DNA from: Paraspadella gotoi
Taxonomy: Eukaryota; Animalia; Chaetognatha
DNA: 64,000 bases
Assembly: GCA_051294375.1 (NCBI GenBank)
Contig: CM119264.1
Coordinates: forward strand, 15,907,245-15,971,244
Direction of reading: 5' to 3'
How positions within the stretch are numbered: position 1 is the stretch's first letter; each line of letters starts with the position of its first letter. Below are positions 25,901-37,900 of the stretch, piece by piece. A model generated the notes under the pieces. That model searched no databases, was not told where the DNA came from, and saw only the letters and a list, made by a program, of their open reading frames with translations. The position numbers were made by a program, and so were the translations under genes.

Positions 25901-28900
25901 AATTATGCAAGTTGATTAAATTATGAAAGTTGACCAAATTATACAAGTTGGTATTGACACAGCTCCTGGTAATGATTCAAAAAAACAATTGATTTATAGA
26001 TTTTTTCATAGATTTATTTAGAAGTCTTATGATTTGTTATAATCACAAATTGAGAGTCAGAAAAATTACCATGATTTATCATCGAATTAGCTTATTACCG
26101 CTTAATTATTTATTATTATTATTATGGTGGACTAAAATCCACCAACCGTTCATCAGCGGCCATTGGTGCTAGAGGCAAGTCATTCGCCTCCCAACCCAAA
26201 GGTCCGGGGTTCTAGCCCGGTGGTCGCCTAGCAGTTAAGAGGGACGGGGCGCTTAACCCGCCTGTAACATGGTGTTACAGCCTGATCCGAAGCTCAGGGA
26301 CTGCTTATAATGAACGGTTCTCTCATTAACACTTATCAATAATTACTGTCTCTTCATTATTATTATTATTTTTTATTATTTATTTCCTTCTAAATGTTTG
26401 TGTTCCTAATTGTCCATAACAATACCCAACAATATAAAAAATCACATACCGCCCTCTTCTAGCTGTGCATCTCCACCGCAGACGACTCCGAAGGCGCCCT
26501 CGCCAATTCGCCGGTTGACGACGACTTTATCTCGAGGTACTTCCCATTCATCGTTACCCTGCTCCAAGAGCGCGCGCAACTTGGCCTCACGCTGCCAGTA
26601 AACCATTGCCTTTTGCCGATATATCACGTAACCAAAAGCTATAATAATTTGAAAACATTATCCGAAGTCGTTGGGTACATTAGAAATTTAATTAATCGAC
26701 TTGACTGTGAGGGAGTCCACCTATGCTTTCACCTAAAACTATGAGTAGTGCTCCGAAACCTAGAATATTAGCCACGAGAACAGCAGTGCTGCATTCGGTG
26801 AGTTTGAACAAATTCATCAGAGGCGCGAGGCTCCTAACAATATAGATATGTAATTAGTAATTAGTTTTAATTAGATAACGAGTCTGGGTGTCATTCTGTT
26901 CGTTTTTCCAAGCTCTTTTTAACTAAAAAAGTTTTAATTAAAACAAAAAATTTTTTCGCCTGAGCCAGGGGTGTTGAAGAGTCAAAATATGGAAATTCAC
27001 CATTTTTTAGTATTTTTTAGCTTTTTCCATTTAATTTTTTTAATATAATAATCTTTAATCAAGTTAATTACTTCTGATAATGATTTTAATTTATCCTATT
27101 TAACTGTTTTTAAAACATTCATTAAAGAATATTAGTTTTTAGCTTAAGCCAAGGGTGTTGAAGAGCTAAAATATTTAAATATTTTTTTTAAATATTTATA
27201 AATTATAATTTACTATTTTTTTAAAGATAACTTATTTTAATCATGGTAATGAAAATATTTGATATCTTTAAATGTTTTGAGGTGACTTACCACAGCTTTA
27301 AGTTAATCAATTAATTTAATAATGTTTTTCAAAACTTAAAACCCCAAAAACTTCTATGATCCAAAACTATTAATTTTAATTTTTAATCACAAAATGTAAT
27401 TGTTACAAGATAAAATTATTTAAATAATATTCGGATATTATTATAAAAAAATATGTTTACTTTATAATATAAAATATAATTTTATTAAAAAAATAATTTA
27501 AAAATGATATCTGCATATAAATTTTGTACGGATAAGAGTAATAGTTTGGTTTAACTCTATATACAAATATTTTGTTATTAAATAAAATATTTTTTTTTAA
27601 TATACAATAATTTTTAACCATTGTATTAATCCTTTCAGCTTAGTTGAGTGTAGAGATTTAAACAAAGTTTGAAAAATATTTTCATCAACGATTTTATTTA
27701 ATGATATACGGACATGTTTCGACTCTTTATTTTCGAGTCTTCATCAGCGTTAGTGATGCATTTAAAAATTTATGTAAAAGAAACATTACATTTTTGAAAT
27801 ATAATGTTTCTCTTTCTAACTCTCTCTTTTTCTCCATTTCAAAATCAACTTATTTCCCTCTTTCTCCTGTCCTTGCCTTCACCTGTCCTGAAATCTGCCC
27901 ACTGTCCTTTCTCAATTCTTTGTTGGAATCTCTCTATTTTTTTCTCTCTCTCTTTTCTCTCTCACTCTCTCTCTATCCCATTGTGAAAATACAACTGTCA
28001 AATGCTGATGAAGACTCGAAAACAAGAGTCGAAACATGTCCAATACTTTGTAATAAATGTTTGTAAAAATACTAAAAACTTTCGTTTTAGAATCTGCTAT
28101 CTTATTGAACAACGAAAAGAGAGAAAAATTACACAAAATTTTAATTAAAATATAAATCATTTCTATCCTAGCATCCCACGTAAGTCCCTCCCCTAGCCCT
28201 AACTCCGCTTCGCGTCCAAGGCCAAGCATGAACTTGACCTATCATCGCCCATAAAACTTTTCCCATCTGTAACTTTCCAGTTGGGTATAACTACAACAAC
28301 CTTGTTGATCGTATGTCTAACTTTTACTTATTCAACTGAATTACAACTACCTCAAATGTTAAACTAAACACTAAACCTTAACCTAATTTTGGTAAAATTG
28401 CCATAACAAGAACATTAGTTTCAGTTCATTAACAAAATATTATTTTCTATGCGATATCGCATAAAATCTGGATAGTGGATATCATTTGAATAATTGTATC
28501 TTTGTTGTAACAATTTCATTATATGATTAAAAAATTTTAATGAATTGCTTAGTTTTAAAGATGAATCTTTAAAAAAAACTTTTTAGAAATAGTTTGTAAT
28601 GCTTTTAATTATAAAAAAATCATTTACTATGTTAATTAACTTGAAAACCATTTAAAATTATCAAATATTTTTATGATCATGATTAAAATATGTATCCTTA
28701 AAAAATTAGTAAATTATCATTTGAAAATACTAAAAAAGACAATTTGTAAATTTTAGCTCTTTAATACCCTGGCTTAAACCCTAAACTAATATTTTTTGTG
28801 AATGAATGTTTAAAAAATAGTTAAATATGATAAATTAAAAGCAGTATCATTAGTAATTAACTGGATTAATGATAATTATATTAAAAATTTACTGAAAAAA

Positions 28901-31900
28901 GCTAAAAAATACTCATAAAAAGGTGAAATTTCATATTTTGGCTCTTTAAACCCCTGGCTCGGCGAAAAAGTTTTTTTTTTAAATAAAATTTTTTTAGTTA
29001 AAAAGAGCTTGGAAAAACGAACGGAATGACAACCGAGACTGGTTGTTTTATTTAAAACATTGTCGGATTCAAATGTGTCTATATATATATATATATAAAC
29101 TAGATCGGTTCATCCAATGTGTTGCGCCGACTTGAGTTTATTTTCACGTGTATTTCCCTTTGATCACATGATATGACCTGACATGACTAAAAAAATTTTT
29201 TAACCCGTGTATTTATGACATAGTTTTAAAATTTCCTGAGCAACAGACCGACAGACATACATACCGACCTAAAAGTGATGTATAGAGTTACTCCGCGAGT
29301 ACTCGCGGCGCAACTAAAAATACTAGTTTTTATATACGGATTTATATTTTTAAAACATTTTAAAAATTGTGTAATTTTTTTCAGTTCGTTGTGTTTGAGA
29401 TTAGCGGAAAAAAAATAATTTTTTAATTGTCAACAACGATAATTTATTTCAAATTGGACATGTTTCGACTCTGAATGCGAGTCTTCTTCAGCGCTTTTAC
29501 ATTTGTGATTTCCCAATATTTTTATTCCAAAAATAATGTGTGAGAGAGAAAGATCAGTTTCCAACAAAGAATTGAGAAAGGTGAGGGATGAAAAATTGGT
29601 AAGAGAGAGGTTAACAATTGTGAATCATTACATTGGATAGGAAATAAGATATAAGAAATAAATAAGTAAACTATGGTGGACTAAAATCCACCAACCGTTC
29701 TCAGCGGCCATTGGTGCCGGAGGCAAGTCATTCGCCTCCCAACCCAAAGGTCCGGGGTTCTAGCCCGGGTCGTCTGGCAGTTAAGAGGGACGGGGCGCTT
29801 AACCCGCCTGTAACATGGTGTTACAGCCTGATCCGAAGCTCAGGGACTGTAATATTGAACGGTTCTGTCATTAACATATAAATATTACTGTCTTCATTGG
29901 TGAGCCCGACTTCCGAAACAACAGCAAACAACAACACTTTCAGGCGACATGCCTCAACCTGGCGATGCACTTTCCGCCCACAACACATCAGGCGACATGC
30001 TCAACTTGGTGACGAACTTTCCACCAACAACAATCTTCACTGAAGAGATGCAACAGACTTCTCCCTACGGGAGGGGGGGATGTATGGTGGACTAAAATCC
30101 ACAACCGTTCATCAGCGGCCATTGGTGCGCGGAGGCAAGTCATTCGCCTCCCAACCCAAAGGTCCGGGTTCTAGCCCGGTGGTTCGTCTGGCAGTTAAGA
30201 GGGACGGGGCGCTTAACCCGCCTGTAACATGGTGTTACAGCCTGATCCGAAGCTCAGGGACTGCTAATATTGAACGGTTCTGTCATTAACATATAACAAT
30301 AATTACTGTCTCTTCAAAACCAAAGTAGGATTGGTGAATATTATTATTGCTAATAATAGTGGAAATAATTAAAATTAAATAATGAGGCGACTTACGACCG
30401 GTCTCCCTCTCTAAACTCTATCTCTTCTCTATTTTCGTCTTTTACAATAGGTGGAAAATTGGAAAAGGAAAAAGAGAAGTGAAAAGTGAATGAGGGATAG
30501 TTAAAAATTAGAGTTAAATAGTAGTGAAAATAAGTAAAAAAAATATTGTGAAATCACAAATGTAAAAGCGCTGAAGAAATAGAAAAGACAGAAACAACGA
30601 TATCAAACCTGCAGTCGTGGGAATCAAGGTGATCGCTACCGTCAGAAGGAACGTTACCATCGGGCGTCATCCATTCTACGACGGCGAATTGGGAAGCATT
30701 GGAGGTGGCGTCGATAGAAACCCAGAAGGCGTGGCCATCAGGAAGGCTAGTGATAGATGCAGTCCCCGACTGGATATTATTAACGTTGTATGCTGTGGGA
30801 TCTTCATTCTGAAAATTCAAAATATTAATAGTAACGTCGTAACTACAGTGTGACCCAATGGTACTGTCTGTTAACTTTTATTACTCATGAAATTGTTTTA
30901 CTCAAATTGTGTTCCTATTTTGCTCTATGGTCGTGAAGTAAATACTTTTTTGGCTAAAGACATGAACAAACTCAATGTAGCTATCAATGATGGCGTACGA
31001 AAGATCTTTGGATTTACCATGATGGAAAAAAAAATTGTCGCGGTTACTTTCCAGGTATTTTTCGGCATTTTAATATAAGAATCGAAAAATAAAATTTAGA
31101 TAAGATAAGATAAAGTAATAAAATTATCGAAAGATGATGATGATTATAAATAGTTTTTCATATTTTTCACTCACTTATGATCGAAATATCAAATATCAAA
31201 AAAGAATTATACTTTGTATAGACAACTTTTTGCAAGCTAACTGAATCTTAAAAATGCAAAAATCCTAAAAAAATTTTTAGCCTTTCCTATTTATAAATAA
31301 ATATTAAAAAAATAATATATGGAGTATGGACTATGGAGTAATATTAAAATTTTTTGTCTATTCACATTTTTTTAAAAATGCTTAAATTTTCGTTTGAGCA
31401 GGTGTTTAATTCAAATTTCTTAACCTTTTTATTGACTTAGACTCTCCCTACTCATATGATTCCTTCGAAACTTGATTTCAAGCTTTTTTTCTTTTTTTTT
31501 AAAATTACATAATCTTTTAATATGAAACATTAAATTGTTGAACCAAAAATTTAAATCATATAAGATCTATCATTTTTACAAAGCTTAATATATAATTTAA
31601 TGATAAAAAATAACCATGAACCTATGTTTTACATGTTTACTATCAGTATCACATTCGTTGCTGGCTTCTGTACCATTTTCCTTATATTAAGTAATCCTAA
31701 TTGTGAATCGCAAATTATGTTATGAGCGATACATTAAAAATGATTGCTATTCTCTCCTTATTATTTAACACAAGGTTAGGCTTCTTTTAAAGCTATTTAT
31801 CAGAAAAAATTAAACTTCAATATAATTATATATTAGAATATTTGTCACACGTTAAAGAATTCTCTGAAAAGGTATCCTAACCAGAAGTAAAGTAACGAGA

Positions 31901-34900
31901 ATACAGGAAAATAATATATTGACGTCTTGAAAAAATCTTAGCTTAATAAAACACCTTAATATTTTATTCAATTAACTCAAATATTTTATCCAAACATCAA
32001 AATTTATTTTTAGCCCAAAAGACAAGTTAATTCGGCAAAGACATGTACTAAAAATGTACTTTGATTTTAAATGTATTAGTAATTTATATAAATGTTTATG
32101 ATGCATATTTATATCAAATTATTTTTAGTATTTAATTACTATTTTTTAATAAAATTAAGTTTATACACTTTTTTCATAACAGATTTTATTCAGAAAATAT
32201 AATATTTATATTATATTATTATTATTATTATTATTATTATATTATATTACATTTCTGTTTACCATAAAAAATATTAATTAATACTATTATTAAATATTAT
32301 CAGTATATTTTTTGGGCAAAATGATTTTTGTTTCACAACGAATTTTAGAGTGATTACTGATAAAAATATATAAAAATATACTGGTAGTAACCTTTCTTTT
32401 TCGTTGTTATATGTATTTGGGCCAAAATGATTTTTGTTTCAACAACAAATTTTATTTTATCATAATAAACGTACATGTTTTCGGCTTTGGATGCAAGCCT
32501 TTCTTCAGCGTCAATGATTTGTGAAAATTTGTACAGTTTTTTGTATGAAAGAAGGGAGAGAGAGGAGAGGGGCAAAGTTTCCAACACAGTTGAGAAAAAA
32601 GAATAGTGGTTCAAGTGGTGAGGACAGGTTAAGAATGAGGGCAGATAGAGATTTTAGTTTTGAATAAGAAAATGAAATGGTCAGAGTGAGAGAGATTGGG
32701 AAAGAGGAGAGGGAGAGAGAGAGGGAGGAGAGAGAAGGAGACAGGGAGACGAGAAAATAATATTACATTTCAAATGTACCAACAAATAAAGTTTTTAAGC
32801 TGTTATTAACAATTAACTATTTAATAAATAAATAAGTGAAGGTGAAAATGAAATGTGAAAGTGAGAAGATACATTTAGTGTAAAGAATTGTTAATAAAGT
32901 TAGAAATTAAGAATTAAGATAGAGCTCACAGTGAGGCGAGGCGTCGACCAAAACGACGGCTCCAGGAGAGGAGGGGGAGGAGTCCAGCACTCCTGTCACA
33001 CAAAAGTTGCAAGAACTGACAACCGCCCACCTCGTCAGCAGGGCGAGAAGAGGGCAGCTAGCAGGTGTATCAGGCCAAAGAGACATTCGAGTAGCACTTG
33101 GAATGTTTCCGCAAGGAAGCCTCCCTAGCCCGACAATAACATATTCGGTTCAATTGTCCTCTCAACCAATGACACGCCAATGACCCAGCCCCATCGTCCG
33201 AGCCTCTCATTTGTCCAAACCAAGGGGGCCAGCTCACTTTGAGCTCTATTCTTAATTCTTAATTTCTAACTTTATTAACAATTCTTTACACTAAATGTAT
33301 CTTCTCACTTTCACATTTCATTTTCACCTTCACTTATTTATTTATTAAATAGTTAATTGTTAATAACAGCTTAAAAACTTTATTTTGTTGTACATTTGAA
33401 ATGTAATATTATTTCTCTCTCCCTGTTCTCTCTCTCTCCCCCAATCTCTCTCACTCTGACCATTTCATTTCTTATTCAAAACTAAAATCTCTATCTGTCC
33501 TCATTCTTAACCTGTCCTCACCACTTGACCACTATTCTTTTTTCTCAACTGCTGTGTTGGAAACTTTGCCCCTCTCTCTCTCTCCCCCTTCTTTCACACA
33601 AAAAACTGTACAAATTTTCACAAATCATTGACGCTGAAGAAGGCTTGCATCCAAAGCCGAAACATGTACGTTTATATGATAAAATAAAATTCGTTGTGAA
33701 ACAAAAATCATTTTGCCCAAAAAATATACTGATAATATTTAATAATAGTATTAATTAATATTTTTTATGGTAAACAGAAATGTAATATAATATAATAATA
33801 ATAATAATAATAATAATATAATATAAATATTATATTTTCTGAATAAAATCTGTTATGAAAAAAGTGTAATAAACTTAATTTTATTAAAAAATAGTAATTA
33901 AATACTAAAAATAATTTGATATAAATATGCATCATAAACATTTATATAAATTACTAATACATTTAAAATCAAAGTACATTTTTAGTAACATNNNNNNNNN
34001 NNNNNNNNNNNNNNNNATTTAACAGATGTAACGTATTTAATAATAAATAAGTGAAGGTGAAAATGAAAATGTGAAAGTGAGAAGATACATTTAGTGTAAA
34101 GAATTGTTAATAAAGTTAGAAATTAAGAATTAAGATAGAGCTCAGTGAGGCGAGCGTCGACCAAAACGACGGCTCCAGGAGGAGGGGGAGGAGTCCAGCA
34201 CTCCGTGTCACAAAAGTTGCAAAACTGACAACCGCCCACCTCGTCAGCAGGCGAGAAGAGGGCAGCTAGCAGGTGTATCAGGCCAAAGAGACATTCGAGT
34301 AGCACTTGGAATGTTTCCGCAAGGAAGCCTCCCTAGCCCGACAATAACATATTCGGTTCAATTGTCCTCTCAACCAATGACACGCCAATGACCCAGCCCC
34401 ATCGTCCGAGCCTCTCATTTGTCCAAACCAAGGGGGGCCAGCTCACTTTGAGCTCTATTCTTAATTCTTAATTTCTAACTTTATTAACAATTCTTTACAC
34501 TAAATGTATCTTCTCACTTTCACATTTCATTTTCACCTTCACTTATTTATTTATTAAATAGTTAATTGTTAATAACAGCTTAAAAACTTTTATTTGTGTT
34601 TACATTTGAAATGTAATATTATTTCTCTCTCCCTGTCTCTCTCTGCTCCCCCAATCTCTCTCACTCTGACCATTTCATTTCTTATTCAAAACTAAAATCT
34701 CTATCTGTCCTCATTCTTAACCTGTCCTCACCACTTGACCACTATTCTTTTTTCTCAACTCTGTGTTGGAAACTTTGCCCCCTCTCTCTCTCTCTCTCCC
34801 CCTTCTTTCACACAAAAAACTGTACAAAATTTTCACAAATCATTGACGCTTGAAGAAAGGCTTGCATCCAAAGCCGAAACATGTACGTTTATTGATAAAA

Positions 34901-37900
34901 TAAGAAGTATAAATATTTTAAATTTGTATATTAAAAAGAATAAATATGACAGTCTGCTACTATAATTTAAAAAAACCCCCCAAAAAACAAAAAAACCCAA
35001 TAAAACATACCTTCTATAGACCGTTTTACTCGTTGGCCTGAAGCATATCCCCTTCGGGATATCTCCGCAATAACTGTAGCAACAGCTTTCCTTCAGATTC
35101 GTTGTGTACCAGCCACTGTCACTTCTGAATTGTGGCATCAACTGAGCCAAGCTATCGGCTACTAGCTCAACACCACAAGAGCTTACCACCCGCAGGCAAA
35201 TGAGATGGTCAAACGGTTTCACCATACCATGAAGGCATCATTGAAAGCGCATTGTGACGCGTCCGGTGCAAACTGGTTCAATCAACAACCCTGAGTCTTA
35301 TTCGGTCTCAGGTCTGCACCAAAAGAAGACCTACAAGCATCACGAGCAGAACTTGTATTCGGAGACACAATAGCAATCCCAAGCGAACTGGTAATAGGTA
35401 CAAAGCCAACAAGAGCAAATGCCCAAATTGAGCTGCAAAACTTGAGACACGACGTTGCATTGTTGGGACCAGTAGTTACTAATTGGCACTCAAACCCACC
35501 TGTTCACCTTCCTCACAGTCTAGCCACAGCAAACTGGGTTTTTGTGCTATACGGCCAACAGGGCCACTCGCTAGCTATGCCCTACTTGGGCCCTTACAAA
35601 ATAGTCTCAAGAGATGACAAGACCTTCACAGTGGATATCCCCGGCCGAGAACAATAGAAGATCCCCATCAACAGGATCAAGCCAGCAACAACAGAACCGG
35701 ATGTCCAACCAACACCTCCAGCAGCCCCAAGAAGAGGACGACCACCAGCAGCAACAGGTGAGTCGTTTCCTAGGAAGGAAGGTCAAACAAATAATAGAAC
35801 AAAAGTCGGCCCAGCAGCTGACTCGACAACATTTTAACCCTCAGGCGGCCCAACCTCAACAGCAACGTCAACAAGAACCTCCACAGCAACAATGGCCACC
35901 ACCTCAAGGATTCACTCAACAACCGGTTATCAGCACTCACCATATGATCACCAGTTGGTCTCTGTTACGATTATTCACAACTTGCCTAACAGCAAGTAAT
36001 CATCAAAAACAAAATCATCTACAGCTGGTTATGAAATTGGTACAACCAATATAAAAATTATCCATTCATTTAATAAATAAGCTATCTTGCCCCTGACTTT
36101 GGACAGGCTTTGGTGGTTTAAGGCCTCCATCACTCTTACAAGATAATGACATAGCAGGTCCCTGCAAGCTTTCAATCAAGACTCTCTCACAGTCTCGCCT
36201 ATTCACTCCCAGATTACCTGGCTTCCCTATCAATGAAGTGGAAAATATTTCAAAGAATGTTTCAATTGTATGAAAAGACCACTCCCATAAGTATTAGATC
36301 GGGGAATACTTATTGTACTCCGCACTAGCATCAAAATACAAGGAGCTGAATTTTATGAAATTGGTACAACCAATATTAAAATTATCCATTCATTTAATAA
36401 ATAAGCTATCTTGCCCCTGACTTAGGACAGGCTTTGGTGGTTTAAGGCCTCCATCACTCTTACAAGATATTCACGATTTAATGAAGCTTGCCTAACAGCA
36501 AGCAATGAGAAGAAATATCTGCAAATACTCCTTGTAGAACTAGAAGACAAACCCATTTTTAGTGGGTCCCCCCAATCGTTTCTCTTTGACCTTATTGTTT
36601 GCCCAAATATTCCCCCAAAGAAAAACAATATTGTAATGTACTTTGTTCCTTAACTAGTAGTACAAGTCACCTCAGCTGTAAATAGTAGGGCGTTGAAAAA
36701 TAACGAAATATAACAAATCAAGTGAGGTACATAGCTATTTTAATGTAATAAAATCTGTAGAATTCGATGATGATAACCATTTTTTTGTATAGTCTCATCT
36801 TCTTTGTTGGAAATGGCGATTTTTGCAGCATATAAGGTGCTATTAAAATGGAGCAAACATTGTAGAGTATAAAAAACTCAAATTATTAAGATTTTATAAA
36901 AGCTATATTTAACTTACATAATATGAAAATAAAGACCCATATAAATATTTTGGTAAGTTTATTTACAAATTTTATATTTTATTAATAATTTGTTAGCTAT
37001 ATTTTATTAAAAAATAATAATAAAAAATAAACTAAAGGGAGAAAATAAAAAAAATTAAATTTTAAAACCGGATTTGAATTCCTTACAAAAAGTTGACATA
37101 AGAAAGTATAATCCATTTTAAAAAATTCTTTCATTAAGTAGGTTAAAAATATTAAAAATTATTATCTTTATTTAATTTTTTAATTTTTGGCTTAAAATTA
37201 TAGTTTTTTCTGAATTTTGACCAACTTAATGACATAATTTTGATATAAAAAATATATTTTCTTATATCAACTTTTTGCAAAGAATGCAAATCCATGAAAA
37301 AAATTTTGAAATTATTATTTTTTAACTTTAACCTAATTTTTACTCATAATTATTAATAAATATAGTTAACTTATTATAAAACATAAAATTTAGAAATTAA
37401 CTTACCAAAATATTTTTTTAAGTCTTTATTTTTATATTTCAAAAGCTCATATAAATTTTATAAAATTTTAGGACAAAAACAGTTTTATTTGACGATTTAA
37501 TTGACTAAATTGTGTCAATTAAATCGTTGTCAAATAAAACTTTTTGCCCTAATACCTCAAAAAACAACGAAAAGAGAGTATATACATAATGTCTATAAAA
37601 TTTTAATAATTTGATTTATCATAACTTATAATGGTTTTGCTATTTTATAACAATTTTATATACATTAAAAACCGTCGATTCCGACAAGAAAGATAAAATT
37701 ATGCAAAAAAATGGTCATCACCATCGAATTCTACAGACTACATTACACTAAAATAGCTATGTACCTCTCTTGATTTGTTAGATTTTGTTATTTTTCAACG
37801 CTCTAGTAAATAGGGTCAGTTCGAACCCCTAAGGTCCGAACTTAAGGCGGGGATGAGGCGACTTACCACCGGTCTCTCTCTCTAAACCCTTCCTCTCTCC

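Larger units (their letters stand above)
26880..29042. mobile_element. ~2.2-kb non-autonomous DNA transposon with ~400-bp imperfect TIRs (related copy at 51270-52985)
   Basis: AGTCTGGGTGTCATTCTGTTCGTTTTTCCAAGCTC at the left end and an imperfect reverse complement at ~29003-29040. Confidence 0.75.

Noticed and set aside
26144-26160. Hammerhead core CUGAUGA on the minus strand of the family A LTR
   Set aside because: No stem II followed by GAAA at a suitable position; the sequence is explained by the long-range closing stem.
26156-26227. Functional tRNA-Gly gene
   Set aside because: The anticodon stem and D arm pair poorly, and the segment occurs only inside LTR copies.
35614-36054. Gln-rich 146-aa ORF as a host gene
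   Set aside because: Overlaps the tail of the gypsy integrase relic in another frame and runs into an interspersed repeat.
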